A DNA stretch of 64,000 bases from positions 1 through 64,000 of the forward strand of contig CAWHMU010000047.1 in NCBI GenBank assembly GCA_963830365.1. The letters run 5' to 3'. The translations under genes were made by a program, and so were the position numbers. The notes beneath the pieces are model-generated. The model saw nothing but the letters and a program-made list of their open reading frames with translations, was not told the DNA's origin and did no database searches. Of this stretch, positions 58,549 to 64,000 are shown piece after piece (the stretch's first letter is position 1; every line of letters begins with the position of its first letter). This DNA is from an uncultured Chlamydiae bacterium. GTDB taxonomy: Bacteria > Chlamydiota > Chlamydiia > Chlamydiales > Parachlamydiaceae.

Positions 58549-60636
58549 TTACTCTCTAACGATTTCTTCCTGAATTTTCGCTGGCACCGCTCAAAGTGGC
58601 ACGGTCCATCACGTAGGTCGCACGTCCTGAAGAGAACGAGCGGAGTTGGGTTGAGTAGCCAAACATTTCACTTAAAGGCACCTCAGCGTGGATGATGACA
58701 GCACCTTTGTGGTTTTCTTGACCCATGATCTGACCGCGACGGCGGTTTAAGTCGCCGATCACATCACCCATTGTAGACTCCGGCGTTGTCGCGTCGACTC
58801 TCATGATCGGTTCAAGAATGATCGGCTTGGCTTTACGCGCGGCATCTTTCAAGGCCATCGATCCGCAGATCTTAAAGGCCATCTCGCTCGGAGTCGACAT
58901 CATGGTAAGAACCGAAGACGATATCGACGATGACGTCGACGAGGTTATAGCCTGCGAGCACGCCCGTGATGATGCCCTCTTCGATCCCTTTGATGGTCGG
59001 GTTGATGAATTCTCTAGGAATTACACCGCCAACGATCTTGTTGTTGATCTCGACGCCTTTGCCTTTTTCATTCGGCCTGATATCCAATTCAACGTGCGCA
59101 TATTGGCCACGGCCACCCGACTGCTTGACGAACTTCGTCTGGCTGTTGGCTGGCATGGTGATGGTTTCTTTGTAGGAAACTTGCGGTTTGCCCACATTGG
59201 CTTCCACACCAAATTCGCGCTTCATACGGTCGTGGAGGATCTCCAGATGGAGCTCGCCCATACCGGCAATGATCGTCTGGCCGGTTTCTTCGTTGGTAGA
59301 TACGCGGAAGGTGGGGTCTTCCTCTGAAAGCGCCGATAGAGCCATGGAAAGCTTTTCGCGGTCGCCTTTCGATTTTGGCTCGATGGCCATAGAAATCACA
59401 GCTTCAGGGAATTCCATCTTTTCCAATAGCAGCGGTCTTTCCGGCGAGCACAGGGTATCACCGGTGCTGGCTTTCTTTAGGCCGATGCAAGCGGCGATAT
59501 CGCCGGCATAGAATTCGTCGCGTTCTTCACGTTTGTTGGCGTGCATTTCAAGCAGGCGTGAAATTCTTTCTTTAGTGTCTTTGGTGCTATTGATGAGGTT
59601 CATGCCTTTTAGCAAGGTGCCGCTGTAAATGCGCACAAAAGTCAGACGGCCCACATAGGGGTCGGTCATGATCTTAAATGCCAAGGCCGCAAACGGTGCA
59701 TCATCTTTAGGTTCCAACAGGATCTCTTCGCCGGTCTTAAGGTCGTGCGCTTTAACCTGGCCGCGATCGATTGGCGATGGCATCCAATTGACAACTGCAT
59801 CCAGCAACTGCTGTACGCCTTTGTTTTTGAAGGCCGAGCCGCACAGCACGGGGTTGAACAGGTTGGCGCAGACGCCTTTGACGGATGACGGCATGGATTT
59901 CTTCAGGTGTCAAAGAGGCCGGATTTTCCAGCACTTTGTTCATGAAGACTTCATTAGTGTCGTCCACGGTAGCCAGCTCTTCGAGCAGCTCGGCACGCAT
60001 TTCCTGGCACTTGGCGAGCAGGTCGGCCGGGATGTCTGTCTCTTCCCAGTCGGCACCCAAGGTCTCGTCGTGGAAAAATAGCGCGCGCATCGTGATAAGA
60101 TCGACCATGCCTTTGAATTCCGCTTCTGCACCAATGGGGCAGTGGACGGGAATGGCATTGGCATGCAGCTTCTCGCGCATCGTTTTGATGGCGTCGAAGA
60201 AGTCTGCACCGGTGCGGTCCATCTTGTTGACGAAGCAGATGCGGGGCACGCCGTATTTATCGGCTTGCCGCCATACTGTCTCAGACTGAGGCTCCACGCC
60301 AGAGACTGAGCAGAATACGGCAACAGAGCCATCGAGCACGCGCAGCGAACGTTCGACTTCGATGGTGAAGTCTACGTGGCCAGGGGTGTCGATGATGTTG
60401 ATTTTAGAGCCTTTCCAGAACACGGTGGTAGCAGCGGAAGTAATCGTGATGCCACGTTCCTGCTCTTGCTCCATCCAGTCCATCGTCGCCGCACCTTCGT
60501 GCACTTCACCCATGCGGTGAACGCGGCCGGTGTAATACAAAATGCGCTCTGTCGTCGTGGTCTTGCCAGCATCGATGTGGGCCATGATGCCGATATTGCG
60601 CACGTTTTTGAGCTCTTCAGTTTGTGGTCTTGCCAT
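58549..60636 (-). CDS. fusA: elongation factor G (about four single-base indels, probable sequence errors)
   Basis: [41 protein letters not shown]-terminus [10 protein letters not shown] recoverable after frame correction. Confidence 0.95.
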
Positions 60637-60651
60637 GCGTATAGCCTCCTG

Positions 60652-61125
60652 TTACCACTTGTAGTGGGCGAAAGCTTTATTAGCTTCAGCCATACGGTGG
60701 GTATCATCTTTTTTCTTGATCGTCGTTCCTTGGTTGTTATAGCAGTCAACCAATTCGTTAGCTAGTCCATCTTCCATGGAGCGGCCAGCTTTAGAACGTG
60801 AGTAGGCGATGATCCAACGCATAGCCATAGACAAACGGCGATTTGGCGGGATTTCGATAGGCACTTGGTATGTGGCGCCACCGATACGGCGGGATTTGAC
60901 TTCGAGGGCCGGCTGCGCATTTTGCAGAGCTTGTTCGAAGGCTTCCAGCGTATTTTCAACTTTTAATTTTTTGGAAAATTTATCCAATGCGTTATAGATG
61001 ATGCGGCGGGAGGTGGATTTCTTGCCGCCTTCCATAACTTTATTGATGAATTTTGCCAATACAGTGCTTCCGTAAAGAGGATCGGGATCGATTTCTCTTT
61101 TTACTGCACGACGTCTTCTTGACAT
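60652..61125 (-). CDS. rpsG: 30S ribosomal protein S7
   Basis: EVKSRRIGGATYQVP, HRMAEANKAFAHYKW. Confidence 0.98.
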   Translation of the reverse strand: MSRRRRAVKREIDPDPLYGSTVLAKFINKVMEGGKKSTSRRIIYNALDKFSKKLKVENTLEAFEQALQNAQPALEVKSRRIGGATYQVPIEIPPNRRLSMAMRWIIAYSRSKAGRSMEDGLANELVDCYNNQGTTIKKKDDTHRMAEANKAFAHYKW

Positions 61126-61293
61126 GTTAGCCTCGTAATTTTTTGCATGATTCTTCAAAACAGGATAATAGCCTGCCGAAGGAAGTGATCTTTCGATTCA
61201 CCCGGTTTCATTAAAGTGAAACCTGTGCGTGATTAGCGTTTTTTATACAAAGCGCTAATCGCGGACCAGGATACCCATCAGAGCATCCTAGCG

Positions 61294-61665
61294 TTACTTA
61301 GGCCGTTTGGCCCCGTACTTAGATCTTCCTTGTTTACGGTCTTTTACAGCCGCACAGTCTAACGTACCGCGAACAATGTGATAGCGCACGCCAGGTAAGT
61401 CCTTCACGCGGCCGCCACGCACCAATACGATGCTGTGTTCTTGGAGGTTATGTCCTTCACCGCCGATATAGGCAATGACTTCTTGTCCGGTGGACAAGCG
61501 TACCCACGCTACTTTACGCAAAGCAGAGTTAGGTTTTTTTGGTGTCTTGGTTTTTACCTGCAAGCATACACCACGGCGCTGCGGGCATTTTAGCAAGGCT
61601 GGCGACTTACTACGCTTCTTTTTGGGAGAGCGTGGCTGTCTAACAAGCTGGTTAATAGTCGGCAT
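61294..61665 (-). CDS. rpsL: 30S ribosomal protein S12
   Basis: [32 protein letters not shown]. Confidence 0.99.
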   Translation of the reverse strand: MPTINQLVRQPRSPKKKRSKSPALLKCPQRRGVCLQVKTKTPKKPNSALRKVAWVRLSTGQEVIAYIGGEGHNLQEHSIVLVRGGRVKDLPGVRYHIVRGTLDCAAVKDRKQGRSKYGAKRPK

Positions 61666-61970
61666 GTGAGCCTTCTCCTTAAAAATGGTCTTTAAGCTTA
61701 ATTCTCTATATATTTCCAAGCAGATGACTGGTCCGCATGGAAGTTACCCGGTGATTATAAAAGATACTGACAAAAGGCGCAAGCACCAAATTGGCTTGGG
61801 GTTGTTAGCTAAATTTTTAACCGCAAAGGAAAGGGACCTGAAAGAACAAATGGACGAGCAATGTTGTCCTTTGGTCTTTTTTGGTTCTTCCGGCAAATAA
61901 TTACCCCGCTTCTAATGAGTACCTCGTCTCTTATGAAGATTATAGATTCGTTCTTTGAAGCATGGTTGTT

Positions 61971-62211
61971 AGCCGTGAATAACGGCGACAGCATGTAGCT
62001 ACAGGCGTAAGCCTGTGGTGGGCAATTGATTCGATAGAAGCCGTGAATACGGCGACAGCAAATACTCGGAATGTTTTACTCTTAAACGCAATTATATCGG
62101 AATCTGCTTCTTTTGGTAATGCTGTCGCCGTATTCACGGCTCTCGTTATTCTATATTTCCACTCCATAGGTTGACACCTATGGCTACATGCTTTCGCCTC
62201 TAGCGAGGCTT
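61971..62211. repeat. REP-doublet element (AGCCGTGAATACGGCGACAGCA / GCATGTAGC family), copy A
   Basis: agccgtgaatacggcgacagca (62039-62060) pairs with tgctgtcgccgtattcacggct (62120-62141); outer gcatgtagc / gctacatgc. Confidence 0.88.
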
Positions 62212-62317
62212 TTATTAGTTTCCGTGATACCCTTAATTTATATATTACCTTTCTATCTCGCTAAACGTTATTTATTTGTGATTTCAGGTGGCCTTAAATT
62301 GATTTTACTGTGAGTAG

Positions 62318-62482
62318 GTATACTGCAGCCGGCATCAACATTCGATTTATGAACGCATCTTTTCTCGCCGAAATGTCGTTTCAAAAGCGAGCCTACAAAT
62401 ATGTATGTCACGCTTTCGAAACGACATTTCGGCGAAAAAATCTACATCCATAAATCGAATGTTGATGCCGGCTGCAGTATAC
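62318..62482. repeat. 165-bp long palindrome with GTATAC ends (MITE-like)
   Basis: gtatactgcagccggcatcaacattcgatttatg ... cataaatcgaatgttgatgccggctgcagtatac; inner tcgccgaaatgtcgtttc / gaaacgacatttcggcga. Confidence 0.92.
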
Positions 62483-62670
62483 GCATTTGTCGGATGAACC
62501 ACTTAATACTTTTACCTGCCAAAGGTCCTGATTTGTCGGATGAATCGATTGAATTCTCCTGAGAAATAGGATTTTATGTTTATAATACAAAATTGTGTCA
62601 TGCCGACATTAACAATGCATTATAAACGACTGAACGCCTTTAAATTTGATCATTTATTTTCTGGCAGGGG

Positions 62671-63222
62671 ATGGAACAGGCGATGCAGCCATCAATTTGG
62701 AAGTTAAATACGAGCAATCAGGGCAAATTTGTCGAATTTCAGCGCCTGTTTGCCGCATATGGCTGCACACTGGTAGCCACGCACCACGACCTGCCGGAAA
62801 TCGCCGCCGATCCCGTCAGCGTAGTGGTGCATAAGGCCGGTCAGCTCGGCGAACGCACTCTGGTGGAGGACACCTCGCTCGAAGTAGAAGGCGCAGACGT
62901 CGGCATCAATGTGCGCTGGCTGCTTACGCATTTGGATGAGTTCATCGGACGTAAAGCGCTGTGGCGCGTCTTGCTGGCTTACTGCCAGAATGGTCAAATC
63001 CATGTCTACCAAGGCGAAGTGCATGGAGCGCTTGTGCCGCCGCGCGGCGAAAAAGGCTTCGGCTTTGATCCCTTCTTTCTACCGGACGGCGCCAGCCATA
63101 CTTTGGCAGAAAATAAATTCGACCAGTACAATGCGCGCGCTTTGGCAGTAGCGGCTTTAATGCAAGGAAAGGCTCTGGCGGTTCGCCCCTTTATTGAAGA
63201 CTGGCAAGGTCTCTGGCAATAG
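62671..63222 (+). CDS. Ham1/ITPase-family non-canonical NTP pyrophosphatase
   Basis: TSNQGK, VEDTSLEV, GFGFDPFF; NAR in place of SHR. Confidence 0.85.
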   Translation: MEQAMQPSIWKLNTSNQGKFVEFQRLFAAYGCTLVATHHDLPEIAADPVSVVVHKAGQLGERTLVEDTSLEVEGADVGINVRWLLTHLDEFIGRKALWRVLLAYCQNGQIHVYQGEVHGALVPPRGEKGFGFDPFFLPDGASHTLAENKFDQYNARALAVAALMQGKALAVRPFIEDWQGLWQ

Positions 63223-63270
63223 ACGCGATCTTTGTCCGGCAGCGTACAGGCAATCGGAACGGTTTTGTTT

Positions 63271-63498
63271 TAAAGCCTCGATAGAGGCGAAAGCATGTAG
63301 CCACATGCGTGAGCGTGTGGTGGATCGATTGTTTAGAAACAGAGCCGTGCACACGGCGACAGCAATTAATCAGGAATGACATCAAATTCAGCTATTTTCG
63401 GTACTGCTGCCGCCGTATTCACGGCTCTATTTGTGCTGCCTTTTCATTCCATCGGTTGACACCTATGGCTACATGCTTTCGCCTCTATCGGGGCTTTA
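63271..63498. repeat. REP-doublet element, copy B (same family as 61971-62211)
   Basis: aaagcctcgatagaggcgaaagcatgtagcc / ggctacatgctttcgcctctatcggggcttt; inner agagccgtgcacacggcgacagca / tgctgccgccgtattcacggctct. Confidence 0.88.
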
Positions 63499-63585
63499 AA
63501 AAAACGTTCTAATTGCTTGTGCCGACTTCGTTCGCAGTTTTCCCTTTGATTATATTGAGATCTCTTTCTATAATTCTTGATTATG

Positions 63586-64000
63586 ATGAAAAACATCGCC
63601 ATTCTAGGCAGTACAGGTTCGATCGGTGAAAGCACGCTTAAGATTGCGCGGCATTTAAAAGACCGCATCCGCATCACCGCCATTGCCGCCAGATCCAATA
63701 TTGACGCGCTGGAAGCCCAGGCGCGCGAATTTAAGCCGCAGCTGATCGCCGTCTACGACGAGCAGCAGGCAGTCGCGCTTAGAAAGCGTCTGCCCCATAT
63801 CACCATCGAATCGGGCTTAGCAGGCCTAAATGCCGTCGCCACGCATAGCGATGCCAATTTCGTGGTCTCCTGCATGAGCGGCACCATCGGCCTTACGCCT
63901 ACCGTGGCAGCCATCAAGGCCGGCAAAAATATCGGCCTGGCCAACAAAGAAGCTTTGGTGGCCGGCGGCGCGCTCGTCATGGCGCTGGCAAAAAAACACG
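63586..64000 (+). CDS. dxr: 1-deoxy-D-xylulose 5-phosphate reductoisomerase (5' part, runs off the window)
   Basis: MKNIAILGSTGSIG...GLANKEALVAGG; not in the ORF track because it is truncated. Confidence 0.95.
   Translation, partial: MKNIAILGSTGSIGESTLKIARHLKDRIRITAIAARSNIDALEAQAREFKPQLIAVYDEQQAVALRKRLPHITIESGLAGLNAVATHSDANFVVSCMSGTIGLTPTVAAIKAGKNIGLANKEALVAGGALVMALAKKH

Noticed and set aside
58189..60636. Programmed frameshifting or true pseudogenes of fusA and rpsJ
   Set aside because: Several mixed-direction indels without slippery sites in essential, otherwise conserved genes fit sequencing error better

Overview
This window is chromosomal DNA from an environmental Chlamydiae-type (Parachlamydiales-like) bacterium. 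The assignment rests on a chlamydial-type DnaA, two tandem Npt/TLC nucleotide transporters next to pgk, a DUF2709-tsaE-engB-exonuclease block, nifU-nifS-gpmA...rluB order, rpsL-rpsG-fusA-rpsJ without tuf, and an LcrH/SycD chaperone. Most of the window is housekeeping: dnaA, gnd, plsC-cmk-cdsA-uppS-lepA, thiN, tRNA-Leu(CAG), murA, ispF, argS, pdxS/T/H, pgk, oppDF and the start of dxr. The accessory signals are: (1) a dense set of intergenic palindromes, including six copies of a nested hairpin family built on an 8-bp-periodic CACAGAG repeat, with inner arms that differ between copies but are self-complementary within most copies; (2) an insertion hotspot at 19.3-22 kb holding a MITE with an 8-bp target duplication and an intact IS110 recombinase with long non-coding ends, a candidate 7-bp core repeat and an RBS-sequestering hairpin; (3) a RAYT with four flanking REP units; (4) two tandem effector-like paralogs with PPR-like and Smr-like motifs; (5) a SycD chaperone / small ORF / hydrophobic substrate cassette; (6) a NifS/NifU pair that has lost its catalytic residues together. 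The fusA and rpsJ frameshifts are most likely sequencing errors. All calls are by eye, with no database searches.
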